The notes under the pieces were generated by a model. That model made no database searches. It was not told where the DNA came from and worked only from the letters and a program-made list of their open reading frames with translations. A DNA stretch of 63,130 bases, filler included. It is 14 parts of 14 records of this genome, joined end to end, with 100 filler letters (N's around TTAATTAATTAA, not from the genome) between each part and the next. Parts side by side here need not be neighbours in the genome. Positions count along the whole stretch, not along the records: positions 1 to 7,167 come from SRR7504441_23094; positions 7,268 to 13,143 come from SRR7504441_23232; 12 more parts are not named here. The stretch is one strand, 5' to 3'. The position numbers and the translations under genes were made by a program. Below, in pieces: positions 1 to 11,015 of the stretch (the stretch's first letter is position 1; the number at the start of each line of letters is the position of its first letter).

Positions 1-972
1 GTGGGGGGTGCCACGACGTCCATCGGGCCCGCAGTGGGCCTGTACTCGGGCAGGCCGGCCTCGGCGAGCCCCACTCGCCGCCCTGCCTCGGCCAAGCCGC
101 GCCGGAGCAGCCCCCCCCGCCGCCCGGCCTCGGCCAAGCCGCACCGGAGCCCCACCCGCCGTCCGGCCGGCTCACCACAGCGCCGGCCATCCACCGCGGG
201 CAAGAAACGCACCACGAAACGGCGCCAGCCTGGAGCCCGTTCGCGACAGAGCACGGCCAGTGTGCCCGAGCTGGCAAGCGTATCGGAAGCCGAGCCGGCG
301 GTGGAGACCTGGACGGAGCAGGAGGTGCTGAGCGACCACCGGGCGGTGCAGATCCACAAGTTCACCGAGCAGCTGCTTGTGCAGTCCGATGCCGCTGGGG
401 TGGCCAGGGCACTCACTGAGGCGGTGCACTCGCAGATCAAAGTGGCCTGGGTGCAGGTGTGGCTGCCCGAACCCGGCCAGGAGCCCAGCCGGCCGAAGCG
501 GCTGGTGCTAGCCAATCCCCTGGCAATGACGGACAAGAGCAGCCTGCTAAGGCCAAGCGTGTGCCTCCAGAATGCGGGATTGGCGGTCAGCGCATCCAAT
601 TTGCTCTGTCGCGCGGTCCCAGTCGGCACGTTTCGAGCCTGTGGTGCAATCTACCCAGCGCAACGCCTATCGGCTCGGCTGCGTTCTCATGCGTTCTGCT
701 TACGGTCTCGACGGTCTGCGGGGGCTGGGGGGTGGCTCAATCGCAGGCAGGAAATGGTCGAGTTGCTGGCGGCGTTCGATGCAGACAGCGCAATCAAGAA
801 TGATGTAGGTGGGACAGCGCTAGATATGGCAACGGTTGAAAAGCACAAGGTAACGCAATTCTTTCGTTCCAGGATGAGGTGACCGGATGGACAGGAGGTG
901 GTCACGGTGCTCAAAGAAGTGTCTAAGAGACCTAAAGAGCTCTTGAGACGCCATCTTCGCAGACTCGGGTAG
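1..972 (+). CDS. Ankyrin-repeat protein, probably 5'-truncated, with N-terminal RPASA low-complexity repeats; spliced
   Basis: QEMVELLAAFDADSAIKNDVGGTALDMATVEKHK|EVVTVL is an ankyrin repeat, split by a GT-AG intron at about 850-894. Stop TAG at 970-972. Internal exon structure at 420-745 is unresolved. Confidence 0.6.
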
Positions 973-1192
973 CAGATGCTGCGCTGGACGCTATATGGCA
1001 TTCTGTACGACCTTTATAGCACAATCATGTACTCGTACGTACTTGTACAGTACAGCCCATCAGTGTCACCGCGTTTACACTGAATACGGCGTAAATACGG
1101 CGGTAGCTACACGTAGGAGTCCGGTACAATAGAAACTCTTCTTATTAAATTTATAGTGGGATAATACTTTACTCTGTCTCATACGTAGGAGC

Positions 1193-2064
1193 TCACTTTG
1201 GAGGGGGCTTCTTCTTCTTCTTCTTCTGGTCACTCAATCCCCTTTGTAGGCGTGCCTCCATTCGTTGCACCTCGTGCAATAGCTTGGTTACATTATACCT
1301 CAAGTCCTGGAACTGCTCAGGGCTGCATTCGAATGTCTTGATCCCCCCGTCCTGCCCCCACATCCACCACGCTAGCCAGCGGGCCAGCCACCTCCAGCAG
1401 CAGCTGCATCAGAATGGACGGCTTCATCTTCTTCCGCAGGTCAGAATTGGAGATGTGAACATCCACTCGCCAGCGCATCTCAGCCACCCGCCTCAACGAT
1501 GGAACCTGCCCAGACTGAGCCCCCGCCTCTGCACGTCCGCACCGCCAGGGCCAGCTGCGGCTCGATCGCGGCCCGGCTGCGAAGGTCGGTCAGGCTGAGG
1601 GTCGGACCGGGGGTTACCGCTCGGTGATGGCGTCACAAAGCAAGCTGGCCACCTCCTCGGGTAGCTCCAGCCCGCCGTCCCCCTTTAGCCCGGTCAAGTT
1701 CTTCAGCGCGTTCTCGACCGGTAGTCGATCCTTGAGCCGGACCGTCTGCTGGATCAGGCACCGCACCGCCGCGTCGATCTCCGGCTGAGCACTCAGCGAG
1801 CCTGGCCTGTCCGGCGCTGGCATCGGCTCCATTAAGCCGGGGCACTCCGCGTCGGCGAGATCTGCAGCGTGGATGGCGGTGGCCGTCCGAATCAATTCGA
1901 GATTGGCTGGGTCCCGGAGCTGGGGCAGCGCGGCGGTGACGCACAACGGCGTTACACCTGTCCCGGCTCCGCTCATACGGAGGGCCAGGAGCCCGAGCCG
2001 GGCCGAATAGCGTACCGTCGTTGAAAATACGGCGAACCCGGTTCTTGTGCCGGCGGGTGGCCAT
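1193..2064 (-). CDS. COMMD5: COMM domain-containing protein 5 (Commander/CCC complex), 4 short introns
   Basis: The spliced C-terminus VPSLRRVAEMRWRVDVHISNSDLRKKMKPSILMQLLLE|DGGIKTFECSPEQFQDLRYNVTKLLHEV matches the COMMD5 COMM domain. First intron 1958-2003 is GC-AG. ATG 2064, TGA 1193-1195. Confidence 0.85.
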
Positions 2065-2356
2065 CTTCTTTGCCGATTTCTACCGTTGCCGCCGCCCGCT
2101 CTGGACGATGATTGTACACGTCCGGTCACCTAACTCACCTTCGCCTAACCTTCGCCTGGGACAACTCGGCATTTCTAGTAACGTTTTTTATTTATTAAAT
2201 CTAGAGAATTGCACGTTGCAAAGAGAGCATGTGACAATTGAGTTACAAATCTTTGTTCGGAAGTCTGAGTGCTCACAACTCGCGTCGTATTCGCGCCGTG
2301 CACTCGTGTGCATTCGTCACAATGTTCCAAACTGCAACGAGCCCACCATCATCACT

Positions 2357-5345
2357 TTAGTGGGGCCAGCTACGCCCAATATGAGCCGCCCACTTGTCGA
2401 GCCCGTCCTCAAAGTCATCACGCTCCAATATCATCACATCCATGGACTTGAGCATGTCAACCAAGCTTTCAATTGATGGACAGTTTGGCAACAGATTTTC
2501 CTCCAGGTGCTTCCTCAAGTCCAACCGCGGGCAGAATCCAGTCTCATCTTCATCGACCTTATCAAACTCTGCCAAGAGGTCTGCCTTTGTAAAATGCACC
2601 TCCGCCAGCTCCGCGTGAACAGGTTCAGGATTGACATCTGCTGGCTCGGTCACAAATAATGCTTGTGGGGAGGTGATCTCGTACTTGTCAGTCCACGGCT
2701 GGACCCATACTGTCACCTCGCTCCCGTCCGCAAAGCTGAAGAAATAGTTGGTGCCCGAGACCACCTGAGTCCGCACCGCCACAGGAGCTCCATGCCCACG
2801 CAGTGTCTCGATATCGCTGCGACTAGCCGCCTTCTCGAGTGCAGCTTCCCATACTTTCAAATCACTCTCGCTGACCGCCATTGAGCCACCCACGCCACCG
2901 CAAATTGGTTCGGAGATTTCGACTAGCTGGTCCAGATCCCGATCATCGTCGACAGCGGCGGCGCTTGGCGCTGACCCAAGACCAGCTCGCCATACTTTCA
3001 GAATTTCGCCGAAGTCCTCACGCTCTAGGATCATCACATCAAGAGCTGCAATCATCTCAATTAAGCTCGCCACACCAGACATTTGCGGCAGCACGTGTTC
3101 CTGGATGTGCGTCCTCAGGTCGAGCCGAGGGCAGAATCCAGTGGAGTCTACATCAACCTTGTCAAACTCACCAAGCAGATCTGCATCACTGAAAGCGGCA
3201 CCAAGATCCTCCGTGACAGTTACTGTCGGCTCTGGCACCGGAGCACTGGGCGCTTCTACTTGTTGCTCTGCAGGGACTGCTGTTTCTTCTTTGACTGCTG
3301 TTTCTTCTTCGACTACCACCACTTCGGGCTCAACATCAATGTCGACAGGAACTGGGGGGATCTCCACCGACGCTGTGACAACCGAAGCCTGCACGACCTT
3401 CTTGACCGGCGACCTGTGGTATCCTGCAGTGCGCCAGAGCTTGAGCAGCTCAATGAAGTCGTCACGGTCGACCACCACTGCGTCCACATCCTGCAGCTGG
3501 CTGTGAGTGCCTGGAAGGCAGCAAGCGAGTCACCTCGACTGCCATCAGCAGAGAGCCCATCGAAGCATCATACGCACTTAGAGCCCGCACACGGGATACG
3601 AGCGTGGCAGTGTTGATATACCCCTCGACAGCAGCAACTACCTCGTCAAAGCACTTCTTGAGGATGTATTCGTTGCTGAAAGGGGCGGCGGGCTGCTCCT
3701 CTTTGACAATCTCCTTGACAACCTCCTTGACCACCTTCTTCACAGGCAGGTTCTCGATCTTGCCCATCAGCGAGCTACGCATCCGCGCAAGCTTGGTGAG
3801 CTCAGCCTGCTCCAGGTGTTGGCCAGAGCCCGGGGAGCGGTCACCATCTGCTTGGAAACTTGGCTCTCGGCCTGGGCGGCTGCCTTGCGTGCGTCATCGC
3901 GCTTACCAAGCTCGACCTGCAGCTGCTCCGAGATGAGCGTGTTGGTGTCCTTGGCGGTCTGGATCCGCTCGAAGTACCTGCAGCGTGTGTGAGCATCTGA
4001 TGCCATGAGCGGCGGCAGGCGGCACGGCCAGGACTCGACGAAGGCTCTACGGCAGTCATAAGTCGGCCACAGCTCAGGTGGCTGTGTGGCAGATAAGTGG
4101 TGCTGCACTAAAAGTATCGGCATCTTCACAAACAGATAGAGCATGGCCAGCCCACAAAGCACGGGCTGCTTGAGGCTCATCTGCTGATTTCACGTGCCTT
4201 TAGACCCAGCCAGCAGAGAGGCGACAGGACGACAGACAGACAGACAGCGCCGGCACGGGGTGCACTCACTCCTGGATCTGGGACTCAAGCTGCGCGATAG
4301 TGGCCAGCTGGGCGGCCTCGGTCTGCTCCACCAGCCGCTTGTAATCTGGTGGGATCAGTGGGTGCAGCTCCATTGCCTGCAGACACTCGCCCCGACCCCA
4401 ACGCAGCTCGGCACACCTCGAGCTCAGCCGACATAGTGACGCACCGGGTGTCAAGCTCGCGCTCGATGCAGCCGTTGAGCTCCACCTCGTTGTTAAACCC
4501 CTGCAGCTCCAGCTCCTGCCGCTCGAGCTTCTCTTTGAGCTTGGCTTCCAACTCAACCAGCCGCGCGTTGTCGGCCTCCGTCCGGCGCTTCTCAGTGTCG
4601 TACTGCTTCTCAGCCAGCCGCAGCTTGGTGTTCTCGTCCTGCAGCCGCTGGGCCTCGCCCTTTACCGACACCAGCTGCGCCTATCCAGCACCCATCAGCG
4701 CACGCACGCCAGCTGTGGCACCCGGAGCGCCGCTGTCTTGGTGCTCAGATCCTCCTGGTCAGACCTCGACTGCTGGGTCATCTCGAGCGCCAGCTGGGTC
4801 TCCTCCTTGAGTCGGACCATCTCCCGCTCGAACCCGATCACTTCCTTGCGCAGCCAGTACTTCTTGGACGGGTCGGTCGACGAGGGCACTCCGAAGAATT
4901 CATCGTGCCTGCCCCGACGGAGTGAGCGGCCCGCAGCGAGCCAGCGCACGTCGTGACAGATTTGTCGGTCTCCTGGAACGCTTGGGTGCCCGACAGGAAC
5001 GCGTGGTCTGACCTGGGCGTCCGCGGCTTCAGCGCCAGCGAGCCGAAGTCAGCCAGCCCCGGGGCGAGCTTCTGAGGGGGGCGGCTGGTGCCTGGCGCTG
5101 CCACTCAGCAGGGTCGCGTCGAAAGGGGTACCGGCTGAACTGGGCACCGCGAACACGGGAACCGTCGGAGTCCCGCGGATGTACGAAGTCCGCGTGCTGC
5201 CCGGGTCGACAGCCTTGCGCTGGCTGGTCGGGGTGCGGCCAGTCTTAGCCCAAGATTGTCTCGCCCGGCTCGGCGGCGACCGATTGGGGGAGGCAAACCC
5301 CCCTTGGTGGAAGGACGTCAGGCTCGTCACCGACCCGACTACCAT
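2357..5345 (-). CDS. Large multi-exon coiled-coil protein with three degenerate EF-hand-like repeats and an embedded cystatin-like domain
   Basis: Exons chain by GT-AG introns from ATG 5345 to TAA 2357, including a 292-nt intron at 3978-4269. The repeat (D)LLxEFDKVDxDxTGFCPRLDLR...LDVMILERxDF occurs twice, with a third degenerate copy. A GG...QVVSGTNY...QPW segment lies between the last two repeats. Confidence 0.7.
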
Positions 5346-5843
5346 CGCAGCGCCTCTGTCGGCGAGTAACGGCGCCAATCGCGAAAAAAAAGATTGCCGC
5401 ACCTCAGATCTCCGTCGTGCGCTGTTGTCGCCCGTGTCGCCGAGCTGCCCGATGCTTCGTATGATAATATCGCCGGCTCGCCGCCGCCTCAGCGCCCCAG
5501 GCAAGCTTGAGCTCCAGGCCGGGGGTCTTCAGGCCCTCGTCCCCCCAAAGTGAGTTATAGGGCAACTCTCACCATCAGATGATTGTCCCACCTGACCGAC
5601 TGACGTTACGCAACGCGCACAAGCGCGCAATGAAGCTAAGACGCTAAGAGGTCCCCAACGTACAGTACAGATCTGAGCGCGATTGCGGCTTTGTACAAGT
5701 TTTGTGTCTGGTGTTATACAAAAATCTCCATGTATTATCATTGATCCGGGTGCCAGTCACAGATTATGTCGATCAAGATTATCAATTTTGCATGGCTCAC
5801 AACAAGTGTCCAGGATGCACTTTGAAATCACCAGACAAGCTGC

Positions 5844-7030
5844 TCAGTTGTCCTCGGCTTGCTCCTTTTCTTGATCACTTATGTCGCTGGTCCACAGAGT
5901 CAGGTTGTCCCGCAGTAACTGCACCAAACCATCAACCCAGCACGCAATCCTGGGGGCACCTGCATTATAAGCGTGCTGTCTTTGTAAGATTCCTCATTCA
6001 GCCCGTCAAGTTCCGCGATCGCATCATCGAACGCGGCCTTTGCGAGCTTACATGCTCGCTCTGCATACACCATTCAGCAGTTGCAACCAAAAGGCCCGAC
6101 ACCTGGTGAGTTCAGAATCTCATAGTAGAATACTGAGAAATTGAGCGCAAGGCCCAGCCGGATCGGGTGTGTGGGCGCTAGATTCGTCTGTGAGATATCT
6201 GAGGCCTCCTGCAAAGTACCACCGTAACATTTACAGGAGCAACCCAGACAACACACCTGGTAGGCCATTAGCGAGCGTTCAGCGGCCAGTTTCCGGCCCT
6301 CGCCCGTGGAGTACTCGGCCAGGTAGCGGTTGTAGTCCCCCTGCATCTTTTTGTAGAAAACAACCGCTTCGGCCGAGCCTTTCTCTTTCTGGGCTGCTTT
6401 GATTAGGCCGTCAAGCACCTGCACACGCGGCATCTCAGCTAGACTGCCCTATTCGCGTGCCCCGGCGGCCAGGCCAACCCGAGCTCCATCGCGACACGCC
6501 CCGCGGCGGCGAGAGGCCGGCAGGTTACCTCTAGCACGTCGTCCGAGATGTCTGAGAGCTCCTTTTCTACCTCCATGCGGTAGTCATATATCGTCTTCAT
6601 CTTTGTCTGGTCGCCGTGATCATCCGCCCCCTTCTGCTCTATCGAGCACAGAATCCGCCAGGAGGCCCGCCGCGCCCCGATCACATTCTTGTAGGCGACA
6701 CTGAGCAGGTTGCGCTCCTCCACGGTCAGGTCCCGGCCGCTCTGACGGGAGAACTTTACCACTTGCTTCACGGCGCTGATCATGTCTGGCAACACCCGCG
6801 GCATGAGTCCGGCCCGAGTGCTAAGGGCCACCTTCGTAGCGCTCGGCCTGCTCGGCCAGTTTGGCCTTGTACACAAAGGTCTCGACCTCGCGTTGAGCCT
6901 GCCACCCGAAGGCATCAGCGACGGTCTGGCGGGGTGGGGGGTGGGAGGGGTGTCATGTGGCTGAGCCGGCCCGGCACTATATCCGGGCTGTATCCGAGGC
7001 CAGGGGCGGCGTGACCTCATCCAGCGCCAT
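5844..7030 (-). CDS. 14-3-3 protein, 6 GT-AG introns
   Basis: Spliced: [34 protein letters not shown]...[22 protein letters not shown]...[12 protein letters not shown]...[43 protein letters not shown]...[18 protein letters not shown]. Confidence 0.97.
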
Positions 7031-7167
7031 AGCCGGGGAAACCTCGGGGAAGCTATTTTGTTTTATTTGGTTAGGTCCCCACTGACTATAATTCCGAGTC
7101 AAGCACCAAACGAGAGGCAATGCCGGCCGGCGGGAACCGGCCGCGGCCGCCCCAAGTCGCACTTCCC

Positions 7168-7267
7168 NNNNNNNNNNNNNNNNNNNNNNNNNNNNNNNNN
7201 NNNNNNNNNNNTTAATTAATTAANNNNNNNNNNNNNNNNNNNNNNNNNNNNNNNNNNNNNNNNNNNN
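7168..7267. other. Artificial contig-joining linker (N44-TTAATTAATTAA-N44)
   Basis: Identical 100-nt linkers also occur at 13144, 16533, 21347, 25711, 29751, 34015, 37678, 42230, 46728, 51968, 56481 and 60031. The 12-mer puts stops in all six frames, so adjacency across linkers is not biological. Confidence 0.99.
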
Positions 7268-10200
7268 CCGGACCTACCTGCCCGACCACGAGTTCACTGG
7301 CTGGCTCACCGAGCGGCGCGGCCGGCTGCTCGAGTATGACACTAACCGGGACGGCGGGATCTCGCTGCCTGAGCTCGAGCGCGCCTGCGCCGACTTCCTC
7401 GGGCAGCGCGGGCGGGCCGACCGGGACTGGTTTGATCAGATGGACCGGAACGGCGACGGTGTGATCGACCGGGCTGAGTTCGCGCACGGGATGGCTCGGG
7501 CCGAGGCCATCGACGGTGCGTTGCCGTAAGCCTGCAGCGCTGAGCCGGGTCCAGCCGGGCTAGATGACGCCGAGACGGCGTGGGCGCGCTGGGCGGCACA
7601 AGGGGCGCCGGAGGGCCGGCGGGAGGCGCTGTCGGCCGAGCTGGATAGCCAGGTGTCTGGGCTCAGGTGCGTAGGGGGGGCGGGCTGGGTGGGATCCTGG
7701 GCAGGTCGCCGGAGTATATTAAATCGCGGGTGCTGGCTGCGCTGCCTAAGCTGGAGAGAGCTGCCCAGCTGCTGGGACCGCTGAGTCACGACATGCGCGC
7801 TGCTGAGAAGGCCGCCGTCGGGTTCCAGATCGGGGACACGCTGCAGCGAGTGCGGGCCAGCGAGGCACGCCGCCGGTTCGGGGCGCCAGTGATGGCAGAC
7901 AGGTGGCCGCGGCACTGAAAGAGAAGTACCCGTCTGCTGAGGCCGCGGCGTGCGATCAGTATCTCTCGGAGCTGTCCGGGCAAGCCCGGCGGATGCAGAA
8001 GAAGAAGGAGCAGGCGGGCGGGGCCCCGCGGCTGGCCGAGCTGCGGGAGCTGGTCCAAGTGCTCTTCAGAGAGACGGAGCGGCATCTGACCCAGCAGCTC
8101 AGCTGGTGCAGCCCGCCTGGCCCGGATGTTGAATTCGCACAGGGTGGAGTCGTTCCAGGCAAGATCGGCCCAACTGCCGTTGTTCCGGCAGCTGCTGGCG
8201 GTGCGGGCAGGGCGAGCGGTGGGTGCTAGCAGAGGGCAGGTGCTGGTGACGGCGGTGGGTGGGCTGGTGCCGCTTTTTGCGCCGATGGCTGAGGAAATAG
8301 CCAGCCTGAGGGCGCAGTGCCTGCCTAAGGTGCCAGGCTTGGGTTTGGGGCCGACTCCCGGGCAGGCGGCCCAGGCCCAGGCGGCAGCCGACCGGGCGGT
8401 GAATCGAGTGGAGCACTACGGCGATTCGATGGAGCGGCTAGCTGAGCGCATCGGGGTGGGCGGTTGGGACTGCAGAACGTGACGGGCGTTGCCGGCAGGA
8501 ATGTGAGGCTTCGTTGCGCTGGATGCAAAACAGGCAGTCGGAGCGGCTGGAGCAGGACGAAGTGCCTGTTGGTTGCATGCGCCGGCTGACTGGGCGGCAG
8601 GGGCGGCAGATGGAGCAGTTGAGAGATGCTCAGGAGCAGTTCGAGAGGCGTATCCAAGCCCAAATCGACCGGGCGGCCAAGCTTCAGCGGATAGAGCTCG
8701 ACGGCTGGCAGGCCAAGCTCGAGCGGCTGGTGGGGAACGCGGACGAGCAGGCTGGGCTGGTGGAGCAGCTTGAGCGGCAACTGACGCGCGAGATGGCTGA
8801 AGCCAGGCAGCTGGCCGGACAGCAGGAACAGAGCCGACTGTCGGCCGAGAGGCTGCAGCAGGCGGCGGCGGCTGAGCAGGTGGGCTGGTGGGTCCGGCCA
8901 GGCTTGAGGGGGCGGGTAGGTGGCTTTGGTGATGGAGACGCGTCAGAAGACTCAGGAACAGTTTGTGGAGCTCAAGGAAGCTACAGTTACTGACCTGATG
9001 AATCTGCAGTCGCAGATGTCCCAATCGGCGTCGCAAGTGAGCGGGCTGGTGGACCAGGCAGTCAACTCTCGGCTGTCGCGACAGAGCGAATCTGCTGGTT
9101 TGGTCGAAGAGCTGAGCCTCGCCATGAGGGAGCTAGACAGCCGAGTGGGTTCAGAAGGTCAGATGCGCGGAAAGCTCGAGCAACGGATGGGCGCAATCGA
9201 GCGAGCACACGCAGACGAGTCTGAGAGGCTTGAGGGAGAGATCAAGAGCATGTTTGAGGAGGTTGCTGCCAAGCAGCTCCGGCTCTACGACGGGGCAGTG
9301 GCGCTAGTCCAAGAGTCCAAGGACCAGACCAGCCAGGCCCAGCACCAGCTGCGCGCCGATGTGGATTCGATACAGCGCTCAATCCAGCAGACCGAGCAAG
9401 ACCTAACCAACAGTGTCGAGCTGCGGCTGGGTCCGATGACCACCAAGCTGGGAGAGATTCAAGCGACATCTGACGCCAGTGGCGCTGAGCTCGAACGAGT
9501 CAGGGGGCTGCACAATTCTGCGATTGCGAACTTTGAGGCGCAGCTACAGCACCTTCGTGAGCAGGTCGCGGCAAGGCAAGATGCCGGCGGGGTGCAGAGT
9601 TTGCAGCAAGAGATGCAGTCTCTCAGCCAGCAGTGCAAAGCTGAGATAGAGAGAATGCAAATCCAGCAGACACGGAACGAGCAGCGCGAGGTCAAGCTTG
9701 ACTCCGAATGGAAGGCGAGCATCGGCGACCTCAAGGCCAAGTTGACCGAAATGGTCGAGTCGCTCGAGGAGCAGACAGAGTATAACCTCAACTTGATCCC
9801 GCCCAAGCTAGCCGAGCTTAGGGTATATATTGATGCGCAGCTGGCCAAGTTGTCTTCCGAGGACGGCTCCAATCTGGTCTCGGAGGTGGCAGCCGCTCAG
9901 CAGAAGGTGCAACAAGAGCTGGTTGAGATTAAACACAATACAGCGACAGTTCTGGGTGAGATCGCGACCGAGCAAGCGCAGTCGGTCGAGAAGCTCGTGC
10001 TCCGACGCTCAGCAAAGCTGGAAGAAGAGCTGGACGCACTTAGGACAGCCACCAGCACCGAGGTGGCTGAAACCAACAGGCTTATGGACTCGCGGCTTAA
10101 AGAGCTCAACGATCGGATAGAAGACAGTGCGGCTGCTTTGCAGGCTGAAGATGCGAAGCGCGATTTAATTCTGGACACAAAGGTTGCCAGAGTGTGTGAC

Positions 10201-10599
10201 CATGTGAACGACCTTTTCCAGGAGACCAGTGCCGGAATGCAGGCGGTGGTGCATACAACTAATACTGAGCTGAGTAAGACAGAGAATAAATTGCGGACTA
10301 TTGTGAGCCAGCAGTCGGAGCAACTGCAGCAGTCCATTCTTGATATGAGAGAGGAGACCGCCGAGGTGCAGGACGATTTGGTCTTCCTAGCACAGGACGT
10401 GGTCAACAATCGTGGCGCGCTGATGGATCTCAAGGCCGATGAGGGCCGGCTTCAGAGTGTGCGACGGCACTCGATGCAAACCCAACTCCAACAGTTCAAG
10501 AGAGAAGCGATGGCTGAAGTCGAGGCAATCAAGAGATCGACGGAGCGGCGGAAATTTCGGCAAGAGAAGTTCAGAGCGCCAACGCCTACTGGTACGTGA
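7268..10599 (+). CDS. EF-hand plus long coiled-coil protein, 5'-truncated, multi-exon
   Basis: First exon (not in the ORF track): RTYLPDHEFTGWLTERRGRLLEYDTNRDGGISLPELERACADF...FDQMDRNGDGVIDRAEF. Short GT-AG introns link it onward towards the heptad-rich exon 8920-10599. The middle joins are only partly resolved. Confidence 0.65.
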
Positions 10600-10640
10600 C
10601 CGTGTACACTCCGATGAGGTCAACAATTGGGCGCTGCAGT

Positions 10641-10701
10641 GGATCCATGTAGGATCCATGCATATGGTAGATCCATGTCCAGATCCATGTACTATCCATG
10701 T
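10641..10701. repeat. Degenerate tandem repeat, five copies of ATCCATG
   Basis: ggatccatgt aggatccatg catatggtag atccatgtcc agatccatgt actatccatg, in a convergent intergenic/3'UTR region. Confidence 0.8.
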
Positions 10702-11015
10702 GCGTACTAAATATAATACCGTGCTTGAAGCCGTCATTGGCCGTGTGAACTAAGTTACATGTACTTATACATTACAAACAATATTTAATTGACCATTCCT
10801 GTACATTCCTGTATACGTACCATCCAGGGCTGGTCGTCAAATCCGTGTTTATAATTTTACGCGCCTGGGTATGAAGCGCTCGCTCGCCTACGCTCGCCGA
10901 TTCTACGCTGGTTGAGCGTACGTGAGACAATGGCGTTGCATACGGCTGTACTGTGATGTCCTGTACATGTACATGTACATACTTGCAATCATACTTTAAG
11001 TACATTGAAAAATAA

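Noticed and set aside
3978-4269. snoRNA inside the unusually long 292-nt intron
   Set aside because: There is only a weak C-like box (GTGAAGA) and a CTGA, with no convincing terminal stem or rRNA guide.
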